From contig CAZPME010000005.1 of the NCBI GenBank assembly GCA_964587885.1, forward strand, positions 17,115-81,114: a stretch of 64,000 nt of DNA, read 5' to 3'. The DNA comes from an uncultured Candidatus Poseidoniales archaeon (GTDB lineage: Archaea; Thermoplasmatota; Poseidoniia; Poseidoniales; Poseidoniaceae). Below the pieces are notes generated by a model. The model was not told where the DNA came from. It did not search any database and was given only the letters and a program-made list of their open reading frames with translations. How positions within the stretch are numbered: the first letter of the stretch is position 1; each line of letters begins with the position of its first letter. Below are positions 10,174 through 18,916 of this stretch, piece by piece. The position numbers and the translations under genes were made by a program.

Positions 10174-11904
10174 CTATTCCCACGCATCAATTTCATCAGC
10201 ACAGCCTGAAAATATTTCTGCATCACTGGTTAGGGCTTGTTGGTAAACTTCCATTTGATTAACCGGTGTCCCGTCAGACCATTCACCCATTTGTGATAAC
10301 CAAGAATGATTGAGAAGATAGGATTCAGCGCTTAAACCAGCATTTATGTCACCACTTTGTGAAACCAAATAATCAGCTTGAGCATCTACCCGACGATAGA
10401 ACCCCCAATCGGCTAGATTGTCGTGAACTGGTGTGGCTTGGAGATAATGAGAAGCAACCATAGGTGGGAAGCCATGTCGGTCACTGGGGACAATCAGGGT
10501 AAGGATTCTCTCTTCAGCCAGCAGACCTGAACCATCTCTAGCGATGATTCTCTTTTGATGCCATGCTCCATTGCAAGGGCTGACTGAAGTATCATCTTCG
10601 GAGATTGCTATATGGGCCATAGTATGGTTTGGCAGCCCACTCAAATCACCACGTAATTGTTCGTCGACGGAATGAAGGTAAGGTGCTTCTAAGGCAATGA
10701 ATAGGCTTTCATTACCCCACCCTCGCGCTAGTGCGTCATCTATCGTTCGAAACGATAATCCCGCCCCAAGACTATGGCCTCCAATCCACAAATTGGCGGT
10801 ATCAATAGTTGAATTTCCCAATATTGAATCTATCCACTGAGTACGATTTTCTTGTAATGCAATACTGCTTAGATATTCAATTCCCGCGGCAATCGCTGCA
10901 CTACGTGGAATATGTTGGGGATGATTCGACATCCCTTTTGCTTCAATGAGATCAAAATCATCTGCACCATCTGGATGAACATCAGAGGGATATTGGAGGT
11001 ATGCAACCGCCATTCCCTTGGCAGACAAGTGATTTATCCAGTCCTCATAAACAGACCATTCTGGGCTACCAAAGCCATGTAACATTATCGCCAAAGGAAT
11101 TTTTTCACTGCGGTTTTCTAAGGGGATAATAGGTAAACTCAGATAGAGTGAAAATTCTAATTCATCTTCTACATCACCGATTATCTCAGTGACTTCATTT
11201 GGCATTGGATAGGCAAAGGCCTTAGTTGAAATGGAATATGGTGCAGGATTTGAACCGTAACCTGTACTTGGTGCAGAAGGTGGTGCTGCGGCAGTACCGA
11301 GCATTGCTGGAATGGCTGGAATCATTAGCAAAGCACACAAAATAATCAAAGAAACATGAGCGAAATTGCCCACAGTACGTCGCCAATCTATGGTTTCATT
11401 TAGGCGAAAAATCAGGGGTATTGGGCGCGGAAATAATATTACCAATAACGCGATTATTGCCATAGAATAAGCTGCGGCAATTAGCACAAAGCCGCCGCGA
11501 AAATATGCCACATCCAGCAAAAGGTGGATTATGACTGCGGCGATTACACAACCTAGAACAAACCCACTTGCAAGTCGAGTAATTACCCACCACTCCTGCT
11601 GAGAATGCTTATTCTTCAGCCAATAACTCAACCCAATAACTGTACAACCAATCACAAATAGAAGAAAAGGATGACTTCGCAAGGTGAACGACCAATCAAG
11701 GCTGCGTAGAGCATGGTCCCAGAATGCGTTGGCGGAGTCTTCGCCCATACTCAAAGAATACAACGGTAGAGCAAAGGGAGTGATAATGCCGATTGCAATT
11801 GTTGTAGGGAGCGGCCAAGATGAGTTGAGAATGCTTACCCCCTCATCTTCTTCGGCCATAATTCGCTGCTGAACAGTGGAGTATTTCAAGCGCGAGGCTA
11901 ACAA
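10174..11904 (-). CDS. Membrane-anchored alpha/beta-hydrolase (esterase/lipase-like)
   Basis: The N-terminal ~200 aa has several TM helices. The C-terminal domain has a GGHSLGAG nucleophile elbow (G-x-S-x-G) and MLHGFGSPEW. Confidence 0.7.
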   Translation of the reverse strand: MLASRLKYSTVQQRIMAEEDEGVSILNSSWPLPTTIAIGIITPFALPLYSLSMGEDSANAFWDHALRSLDWSFTLRSHPFLLFVIGCTVIGLSYWLKNKHSQQEWWVITRLASGFVLGCVIAAVIIHLLLDVAYFRGGFVLIAAAYSMAIIALLVILFPRPIPLIFRLNETIDWRRTVGNFAHVSLIILCALLMIPAIPAMLGTAAAPPSAPSTGYGSNPAPYSISTKAFAYPMPNEVTEIIGDVEDELEFSLYLSLPIIPLENRSEKIPLAIMLHGFGSPEWSVYEDWINHLSAKGMAVAYLQYPSDVHPDGADDFDLIEAKGMSNHPQHIPRSAAIAAGIEYLSSIALQENRTQWIDSILGNSTIDTANLWIGGHSLGAGLSFRTIDDALARGWGNESLFIALEAPYLHSVDEQLRGDLSGLPNHTMAHIAISEDDTSVSPCNGAWHQKRIIARDGSGLLAEERILTLIVPSDRHGFPPMVASHYLQATPVHDNLADWGFYRRVDAQADYLVSQSGDINAGLSAESYLLNHSWLSQMGEWSDGTPVNQMEVYQQALTSDAEIFSGCADEIDAWE

Positions 11905-11930
11905 TATTGCACCAAGTATCCGTTAATGCA

Positions 11931-12950
11931 TTAAAACTCAAACAAACTGGATTGTCCAGATTGACGAACTTGCGATTCTTTACCGATACGTGACAAACTT
12001 CTTTCAATCCTCTTATCGCTGAAATCACGCTCCTTGAGCCATGCAGTTAGTGCATCAAAGTCGACTGGCTTCAAGTCGAGGTCGTGACCGGAATTAGCAG
12101 GATGGTCAAGAAATAATTTACGAATTTCTTCAAGGTTTTCGGGAATTTCTTTTTCTTTTGCAGCGCATACACCTTCAATCGTTCCGTGTTCTTTGATGAG
12201 TTTAAGTCCGGTTTTTGGCCCAATGCCACGAATCCCAGGGTGAAAGTCAGTACCAATCATTATTGCGAGGTCAATCAATTGCTCACGAGTCAATTGATTC
12301 TGTTGCAATAGGTCGTCGAGGACAATTTTTTCGGCACGAATAATACGACCCATGCGCCGACTTCCTGCTGACATTAGATTTCGTACCAAAATAGGACTAC
12401 CATAGAGCAAGGCATCCCAATCTTGAGTCGCCACCACATCAAGTTGTCCTGCTTGTGCCATCACCGCTGCTTGGCCTTCCCCTTCAGCCTCACCGCGGAA
12501 CGCAGGTATACCAAGCAGATGGAGCAATTCAATGGTTTCTTCAACCATTTCTGGTGTATATCGCACAGATCGTTGGGCCCATTTTTGTGCTTCGGGATAA
12601 TCTCCTTCTGCCAATGCAGTCTCCCATTTTTCTTGTGCTTCTATGCGAGATTTAGAACGCTTTTCAATGGTGTCAGCCTTGAGTACAGGATGTTTCCCAT
12701 CGAAAATAAAAATCGGGATGATGCCCAGTTCAAGCAGGCTAGTGGCTCGGTCAAGGAAACCCATCAAATGTGATACTGGTCGGCCCTTGGAATCCTTGAG
12801 AGGCCCCCCGTCGCCAGTCGCCCCTCGGGCGCGAATTGAAGTGAGAAATTGAAAGGCGACTAAAAATGAGTCAATGCCAATTCTCATTCCAGCCAAATCG
12901 GATAAATCAATGGATTCTGCGTCGGCTATATCGCGCAAATTACAACCCAT
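11931..12950 (-). CDS. fen: Flap endonuclease 1
   Basis: Full-length XPG-N/XPG-I pattern: IGIDSFLVAFQF, IFIFDGKHP, ATQDWDALLYGSP, GTDFHPGIRGIGPKTGLKLI (H3TH). Confidence 0.95.
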   Translation of the reverse strand: MGCNLRDIADAESIDLSDLAGMRIGIDSFLVAFQFLTSIRARGATGDGGPLKDSKGRPVSHLMGFLDRATSLLELGIIPIFIFDGKHPVLKADTIEKRSKSRIEAQEKWETALAEGDYPEAQKWAQRSVRYTPEMVEETIELLHLLGIPAFRGEAEGEGQAAVMAQAGQLDVVATQDWDALLYGSPILVRNLMSAGSRRMGRIIRAEKIVLDDLLQQNQLTREQLIDLAIMIGTDFHPGIRGIGPKTGLKLIKEHGTIEGVCAAKEKEIPENLEEIRKLFLDHPANSGHDLDLKPVDFDALTAWLKERDFSDKRIERSLSRIGKESQVRQSGQSSLFEF

Positions 12951-12968
12951 GTCCTCACCATTGTAAGG

Positions 12969-14639
12969 TCAATCGAACTCATCATCATCGAATTCATCAT
13001 CATCGAATTCATCATCATCGAATTCATCATCATCGAATTCTTCTTCGACATAGTTTTCTGCCATCCAAGCATCGCGCGCTTCCTTCCATTTCCAGCCCCC
13101 AAATGCAAACGAAATTAATGCTATTGGGCCGCATATTTGTATAGGAAGATTGCCCCAACTCGGGTCGACATTGATTACTTCAATTGCGCTTGCAGGGACG
13201 ATGAAGCGAGGACTAGCATCGCCAGCCATCACACCCATTTGTACCCCATCAGCCAAATTTTGTTCATCAAGGTAGGTTGCCCATTGGGGCACTACTTCTC
13301 CACAGCCAGCGCACGCTTCAACAAATGTAGCATTGATGATTATTGCATGACCGGCCTGTAGGTCAACCGAGCCATCGAGTAGTGAGAAGAAGAGTTGTAA
13401 CCGTTCAACACCGCGCAAAGTTGCTGTGGTATTATCGGCGATTACAGCACTATAATCTTCAAAACCCAATCCAGTAACCTCTGTGTTCATCGGCGCTGAT
13501 TGGCCTTCTTTGCCAACAAATCCTTGGACATTACTGGTGTAAATTTGGTCATATGTGACATAGAGTTTTAGCGAAGTCCCCGGAGTAATACCAGATAGGA
13601 ATTCTCCCGGCGCAGCATCGAGGGAGACCAAATTATCAGGTGTTGTATATTCAGCCGCCCCAACCGAGCCTAGGTCGGTTTCAGCTGGGCTTTCCATCAA
13701 AGTTATTATTGGAACAACCGATAAGGAGGCCAGCATTCCAATTGTGAGAAATGCAATTCCGATGGGCTTGAAGATATTCAAATTGGGGATGAACATCCCT
13801 GCTGGGATGATCCAAACTAGTGATATTACTCCCCAAATAATTGGGGTAGTCATTCCATCAGTTGGTACTTCTCGAATGGTGAATTGATTTGAAGAGTTAG
13901 CGTAAGGACTGGAATATTCACCCGGTATGCCACCTTCGCTGGGGGGGATGATGATTTCCTCCGGAGGTAATACTGAAACATTCATCTCAAAACCATCTTT
14001 GCCAAGGAATAATTGGTACCCGTCACCCACTCCACCGGGTTTAGTAAACTCAACTTTGAGTGAAATGGCTTCGCCAATTTCTAATGTTTTGAGACTGGAA
14101 TCGAGTGAGAATTCATATTGGCCATCATCATTTTTATTTTGCTCATTCAAGGTTACCGCAACATATTGCTTGGTGTCGACCGACATAGTGATTCTAACCT
14201 GCTGATTTGCCGTACCAGTCTGACTGAATATACTCAAATCTAGAATTCCAGTCATCGGCTGTTCAGAATTAATCAATAATTTCTCGGTTACCGGTGCACT
14301 TCCTCCAAAATTGAATACTCGGTTACCTCCACCGTTATTCGGTTGAAGTGGTCCGTTGGTTTCAGCAAAGGAGTCATCACTATCAGGATCTGTGGTGCCG
14401 GCATGGTTCCATGCATCCCAAGTATCTGGGGTGCCAGCATTTTCTTCACCATAGAAGTATAGTGTCTTCTTATTGAATGAGAGCGGAGTTCCTCTAGGTT
14501 CCTCATCCTGCATCATTACAGAACTGGCATTAGCGCTACTAGCGACGAGAGTAAAAACTGCGATGAGCAAGCCGACTAAGGCTAATCTGTGCCCGCTACG
14601 GTTATCCTGCATCATCGCCACCCAACCTTGCCGACTCAT
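12969..14639 (-). CDS. Secreted/membrane hypothetical protein with repetitive acidic (DDDEF)n C-terminal tail
   Basis: Signal-like N-terminus (LALVGLLIAVFTLVASSANA), internal TM cluster, C-terminal TM, then EEEFDDDEFDDDEFDDDEFDDDEFD. Confidence 0.7.
   Translation of the reverse strand: MSRQGWVAMMQDNRSGHRLALVGLLIAVFTLVASSANASSVMMQDEEPRGTPLSFNKKTLYFYGEENAGTPDTWDAWNHAGTTDPDSDDSFAETNGPLQPNNGGGNRVFNFGGSAPVTEKLLINSEQPMTGILDLSIFSQTGTANQQVRITMSVDTKQYVAVTLNEQNKNDDGQYEFSLDSSLKTLEIGEAISLKVEFTKPGGVGDGYQLFLGKDGFEMNVSVLPPEEIIIPPSEGGIPGEYSSPYANSSNQFTIREVPTDGMTTPIIWGVISLVWIIPAGMFIPNLNIFKPIGIAFLTIGMLASLSVVPIITLMESPAETDLGSVGAAEYTTPDNLVSLDAAPGEFLSGITPGTSLKLYVTYDQIYTSNVQGFVGKEGQSAPMNTEVTGLGFEDYSAVIADNTTATLRGVERLQLFFSLLDGSVDLQAGHAIIINATFVEACAGCGEVVPQWATYLDEQNLADGVQMGVMAGDASPRFIVPASAIEVINVDPSWGNLPIQICGPIALISFAFGGWKWKEARDAWMAENYVEEEFDDDEFDDDEFDDDEFDDDEFD
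12975..13049. repeat. 15-bp tandem repeat (GAATTCATCATCATC), 3 perfect and 2 diverged units, inside the 3' end of the 12969..14639 CDS
   Basis: Read directly: perfect units at 12990-13004, 13005-13019 and 13020-13034; diverged units at 12975-12989 and 13035-13049. Each perfect unit carries a GAATTC site. Confidence 0.9.
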
Positions 14640-14731
14640 TTTCCCATATTGATGCTTTCATTACCCTGTATCTCGGCCCGTAGGGCCGCGCAACCGTCTT
14701 GAGGCAGAGGTTACACGCCCTTCACGTTCAC

Positions 14732-15826
14732 ATGTCCTGTGTCTTGGTCGGTAGCGGATGGCACCATCGGCTATTTACTGCTGAGATGGCGGCGCTTATT
14801 CCCGAAGCAGAAATTGAACACAAAACAACGCGAATATTTTTTTCTGATACCAACCTTGCTAAAGAAACATTATTGCATTCAGCCATGCTGGATGATTTGT
14901 TATTGCACGGGCAAGTCGTGGAATTAGTTGAGGAAGAAGTAATTGAAACATTGAAAATTTCTTTCACAGATTGGTTGGAAAATACGAATATCGACCCTTC
15001 TCATGGGACGGTTGCAGTTCGTGCTAGTCGCCATGGAAAGCGCATCCAAGGTTGGTCACCAACTAAATTAGCAGGGCATTTTGGCGGAGTATTTTCCGCC
15101 GCTGGGTGGCGCATTGATTTGGAAAATCCAGACCTTGAAATCGCCTTAGTGGTCGATGCTGTAAATCAAGTTGTAGCATGGGGAGTAAGCCAATATTACC
15201 AGCCCCCGCGCCTTGGGTGGAAAGGCCGCTCCCCCACCCAACGGCCATTCTTCAAACCGATTAGCCTTGATCCACGACATGCTAAATTGATGCTCAATTT
15301 GTTATGTCCGACCGGCCCAGTTCTTGACCCATTATGTGGGACTGGAGGAATTGCAGTCGAAGCAGGATTGATGGGATTGCCATCAATTTCTATTGATTTG
15401 GACATCGAGATGGTTGAAGGAGCCAAGCGTAATTATCGCTGGGCTCAACAACTCGGTGCTACAGGAAATGGAAAAATTTCACACGGTGATGCTACTGACT
15501 TAGTCGGAGTCTTAGCTAAATTAGGGGAACTTGAAATTGGGGCTGTTTGTCTTGACCCGCCATATGGCCGCAATGCTTGGCGTTCGCAGGAATCGGGCTC
15601 ATTATTCCTGCAAGTCTGTGCTAGTGCTCGCGCCGTGGTTGAATCTGGAACCCGCCTAGCTTGTATGATTCCTAGTTCTCCCGATAGTGGTGGATTAGTT
15701 TATGGTCGCCAATGGGAGGAAATAATTGCCTTATTATCGCAAAAGGGCTGGCGAGTTCTTGACCATTGGCAAATACCGGTTCATGCTTCAATGGGGCGAG
15801 TGATGGTACTTGCAATCGCCGATTAA
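14732..15826 (+). CDS. THUMP-domain tRNA (guanine-N2)-methyltransferase, Trm11/Trm-G10-like
   Basis: ORF 14699..15826 trimmed to ATG 14732. SAM motif I LDPLCGTGGIAVEA and catalytic CLDPPYGRNAW (DPPY). RSPTQRPFFKPISLDPRHAKLMLNL matches the Trm11 linker pattern. Confidence 0.8.
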   Translation: MSCVLVGSGWHHRLFTAEMAALIPEAEIEHKTTRIFFSDTNLAKETLLHSAMLDDLLLHGQVVELVEEEVIETLKISFTDWLENTNIDPSHGTVAVRASRHGKRIQGWSPTKLAGHFGGVFSAAGWRIDLENPDLEIALVVDAVNQVVAWGVSQYYQPPRLGWKGRSPTQRPFFKPISLDPRHAKLMLNLLCPTGPVLDPLCGTGGIAVEAGLMGLPSISIDLDIEMVEGAKRNYRWAQQLGATGNGKISHGDATDLVGVLAKLGELEIGAVCLDPPYGRNAWRSQESGSLFLQVCASARAVVESGTRLACMIPSSPDSGGLVYGRQWEEIIALLSQKGWRVLDHWQIPVHASMGRVMVLAIAD

Positions 15827-16251
15827 TTACGAGATTTGGCTTGGGCTGTAATTAGTGAATCAAGCACCAGCAGTTGTTCTCGTACCTCGTTAGTTGGGTG
15901 GTCAAACTCTGTAGAATGAGGACAAATATCATCCATCCATACTTTGTTATTCTGGTCTAAAATAGCGGGATATATTTTGCATCCAGTTGGCCGAATCTCA
16001 TGTATTGAGCAAATCCCAGCAGCATCGATATCTGCGGAATCGGTTACCAAGAATATGCAGGCCATCGTAGTTGGGTTATTTGCCAGTTCAAGCACTCCCT
16101 CGGTTTCTGTTAATGGCTTAGTGAATTCAGCAATCGGGCGCTTGAGTTGGGTCGAGATGTGAGTTGCATCTTCGATACTAATTGGCATCTCGGTATTTCG
16201 ACAACAACGGCTACAACCATGACGGAGACACGGTGATTGTTCGCGGCGCAT
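15823..16251 (-). CDS. YkgJ/UPF0153-like cysteine-cluster protein
   Basis: N-terminal CLRHGCSRCC cluster (CxxCxxCC-family-like) plus further Cys residues (C..IHEIRPTGCKIYP). Confidence 0.55.
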   Translation of the reverse strand: MRREQSPCLRHGCSRCCRNTEMPISIEDATHISTQLKRPIAEFTKPLTETEGVLELANNPTTMACIFLVTDSADIDAAGICSIHEIRPTGCKIYPAILDQNNKVWMDDICPHSTEFDHPTNEVREQLLVLDSLITAQAKSRN

Positions 16252-16305
16252 AAGCGTGCGATGCTTCCGTTGATTTCAAAGGGTGTGACCGTCGCCGTAT
16301 CAAAT

Positions 16306-16379
16306 GGGCGATTAGGGTAGCCTGGATATCCTGACGGGCTTCGAACCCGTCGACGCGGGTTCGAATCCTGCATCGCCCG
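16306..16379 (+). tRNA. tRNA-Arg (anticodon TCG), no encoded CCA
   Basis: Hand-folded. Acceptor GGGCGAT/ATCGCCC, anticodon arm ACGGG-CTTCGAA-CCCGT (TCG), T arm GCGGG-TTCGAAT-CCTGC, discriminator G followed by CTC. Confidence 0.85.
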
Positions 16380-16387
16380 CTCTTTAC

Positions 16388-17554
16388 TTAAGGCCAGTTT
16401 GGGGTTGGCCAATCTAGATTCGGCCGGCTCCACATTTGTACCGAGTCTTTGCCCCAGTTGGTATGGGTAACTTGAGTAAGCCCACAGGTAGTGAAATCTT
16501 CTGGTGAAATTCCAAGGTGATATGGTTGAGAAAAATCCGCTTCGGTAGTAATGATAATTGCTCGGTCAATCAGCCCCTGTTGGAGGAATTTTTGTGCGGT
16601 AATCGGACCACCCTCAAGGAGTATTTCTTGGCACTCACGCTCACCTAATAGAGCCATGACTGAATCGAGGTCAATTCCGGAATCATCAGCATTTTTCGCA
16701 ACTTGAATCACTTCGACATTTTCGTGTTTTGCAAGGTCTTTAGCGACATCAATATTTTCATTTAGATGCAATATTAGAGTTGGCATTCCATCGCATATCA
16801 ATTTGCTTTTCGCAGGGATGCGCAAGTTTGGGTCAAGGACCACTCGAAGTGGTTGGCGTCCAAGACCAATGTCAATGCGCCTAATTGTTAATTGCGGGTC
16901 ATCTCGAATTGCAGTCTCTACTCCTATGAGCACGGTATCACAATCACGGCGAAGACGATGAACAGCATCGAGGCTTTCTTCGCTGGTGAAGCGCTCAGAT
17001 TTGCCAGCTCGGTCATCGACTGCGCCGTTGGCATCGGTGGCGATTTTCAGTGTCACTAATGGTTTACCCTGCTCACACCAATGCAGGAAGGATTGCATTT
17101 GTTGGGCTGCTTTATCCTCTAGAAGTCCACATTTAACAGAGAATCCTTCGCCACGCAGGTATTCAATACCATTGCCTCGAACTGTCGGATTTGGGTCGGA
17201 ATGAGCGATGATTACATCGGTAATTCCAGCCCATAATAATGCCTCGGTACATGGTGGAGTTCGGCCGTGATGATTGCATGGCTCAAGGGTTACGTATGCC
17301 GTTGAACCATTGGTAGAGATACCACGACGTTCAGCATCAGATATGGCCATTTGCTCAGCATGGAGGCCACCTAAGTGGTCGTGCCATCCTTCGGCGATTA
17401 CCTTTCCATCTTTGACCAATACACAACCTACCAGCGGATTAGGCCGAACTTGACCTCGGCCTTTTTCAGCCACAACCAATGCTTGTCGCATGAATGCTTC
17501 ATCATCCTGCGACCAATCCATTACGCCACTCTCGGCCAAGCCACTCATGCCCAT
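16388..17554 (-). CDS. ribD: Bifunctional riboflavin biosynthesis protein RibD (pyrimidine deaminase + reductase)
   Basis: CDA-type zinc motifs HAEQMAI and TLEPCNHHGRTPPC, followed by a RibD_C-like reductase half (VTLKIATDANGAV, LLEGGPITAQKFL). Confidence 0.9.
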   Translation of the reverse strand: MGMSGLAESGVMDWSQDDEAFMRQALVVAEKGRGQVRPNPLVGCVLVKDGKVIAEGWHDHLGGLHAEQMAISDAERRGISTNGSTAYVTLEPCNHHGRTPPCTEALLWAGITDVIIAHSDPNPTVRGNGIEYLRGEGFSVKCGLLEDKAAQQMQSFLHWCEQGKPLVTLKIATDANGAVDDRAGKSERFTSEESLDAVHRLRRDCDTVLIGVETAIRDDPQLTIRRIDIGLGRQPLRVVLDPNLRIPAKSKLICDGMPTLILHLNENIDVAKDLAKHENVEVIQVAKNADDSGIDLDSVMALLGERECQEILLEGGPITAQKFLQQGLIDRAIIITTEADFSQPYHLGISPEDFTTCGLTQVTHTNWGKDSVQMWSRPNLDWPTPNWP

Positions 17555-17586
17555 GCCTTCAAGTCCACTACCATCATGTCCTCTTC

Positions 17587-18630
17587 ATGACCCGCATTCA
17601 TGCAATAGTCAATCCCGCAGGTCGAGATGGGTTATCTGGTAAACGTTGGCCAAAGATTCGCGCCCGTTTAGAAGCGGCTGGAATTGAAGTGGCTGAAACA
17701 CTAACTGAGCGGGTAAATCATGCTGCAGAAATCGCTTGGGGCTTGCGTCAAAAATATGTAGACACTCCTTCCAGTGATTGTCCATTAATCGTTGCAGTTG
17801 GTGGTGATGGCACGGTTCATGAAGTTGCAAGTGGTCTACGGGGGGGAAATCTCGTAATGGGAATAATTCCACACGGTACTGGAAATGATTATGCTCGAGG
17901 GCATGGCTATCCAATGAAAAAGATTGATGCTGCTATTGATATTCTAAAGAACGGAGTTGACCGTTCCTGTCCTGCTTATCGAATTGAAGCCTATCCAATG
18001 GCGAGCGAGGGGAGTTATCCTTCACCGAGCAACCACGAGTGGGACGGTGAGCCAAAGGTTGGCGGCAGAGTCGTACGGTGGGTCTTCCTTGAGAGTGATG
18101 GTGGAGTTACTGCTGAGGTTAGTCGCCGTAAATTATACCAAGGAAAATGGATACGCGGGGCAAGCAAATACACCTACTTGGGGGTACGAGCAATACTTGG
18201 AGCGAAAAAGAGAGAAATGTGGATCAAAATTGATGATGATGAACCGCGAATTGAAAGTTGTGATATGTATGCTTTAACCACCTGCGAGACTTTTGGTGGA
18301 GGTTACAAAGTCAATCCAGGAATGAATGTCAATAGTCAATCTGGAAGATTGGTAATCGCTGGTCGGCTGACAAAATTTCAGATGTTGCGGTTGATGGGTC
18401 CTCTCAAGAAAGGTCGCCATATTGGCAAATGGGGAATCACCCAACAGGACATTTCACGTCTTGAAATAAAACCATTACAAGACGATGGCTCACCTTCCGA
18501 TGTTCCATTTGGTACACCTTATATTACCCAATCAGATGGTGAACCGCAATTACAAGCTCCAGCGGTCTTCAATTGGCATCTTGACCAGTTAAAAGTGCGC
18601 GGTGCAACGAAAATTGCTGGTGACAAATAG
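17587..18630 (+). CDS. Diacylglycerol/lipid kinase family protein (YegS/BmrU-like)
   Basis: ORF 17494..18630 trimmed to ATG 17587 (MTRIHAIVNPAG). DAGK catalytic motifs VAVGGDGTVHEVASGL and IPHGTGNDYARG. Confidence 0.8.
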   Translation: MTRIHAIVNPAGRDGLSGKRWPKIRARLEAAGIEVAETLTERVNHAAEIAWGLRQKYVDTPSSDCPLIVAVGGDGTVHEVASGLRGGNLVMGIIPHGTGNDYARGHGYPMKKIDAAIDILKNGVDRSCPAYRIEAYPMASEGSYPSPSNHEWDGEPKVGGRVVRWVFLESDGGVTAEVSRRKLYQGKWIRGASKYTYLGVRAILGAKKREMWIKIDDDEPRIESCDMYALTTCETFGGGYKVNPGMNVNSQSGRLVIAGRLTKFQMLRLMGPLKKGRHIGKWGITQQDISRLEIKPLQDDGSPSDVPFGTPYITQSDGEPQLQAPAVFNWHLDQLKVRGATKIAGDK

Positions 18631-18638
18631 GTGGAAAT

Positions 18639-18723
18639 TGGCGCGAAGAGAGGGATTCGAACCCCCGTGGCCGAAACCACCGGATTTCAAATCCGGCGCG
18701 ATACCAGGCTATGCGATCTCCGC
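18639..18723 (-). tRNA. tRNA-Ser (anticodon TGA) with long variable arm and encoded CCA
   Basis: Hand-folded on the reverse complement. Acceptor GCGGAGA/TCTTCGC, anticodon arm CCGGA-TTTGAAA-TCCGG (TGA), long variable arm, T arm GGGGG-TTCGAAT-CCCTC, then G-CCA. Confidence 0.85.
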
Positions 18724-18916
18724 AACGGTTGCCGCTGGCACCTTTTGCATATGAATATTCAAGCCTTAACCTCCGCATGTTTTTTCGTAATCATCACCAT
18801 CAACTGGTTTTGAAACTCAATAATGGCATTTTGTCTTGAAAACTCCATGACTTTGATGGTGTTTACCGTAGGTAAACAGGCGCGCTCTTTTCATACCGCG
18901 TCTATCTTGGCGATAC

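Noticed and set aside
12866-13144. Plus-strand ORF encoding HHHRIHHHRIHHHRI
   Set aside because: It is an alternative-frame reading of the 15-bp tandem repeat that forms the tail of the 12969..14639 gene. It also overlaps the fen start region.
16110-16433. 107-aa minus-strand ORF spanning the tRNA-Arg locus
   Set aside because: It overlaps a well-folding tRNA gene and the ends of two better-supported genes, so it is spurious.
18569-18813. Two short ORFs (69 aa minus strand, 60 aa plus strand) over the tRNA-Ser locus
   Set aside because: They overlap the tRNA gene and have no coding-like features.
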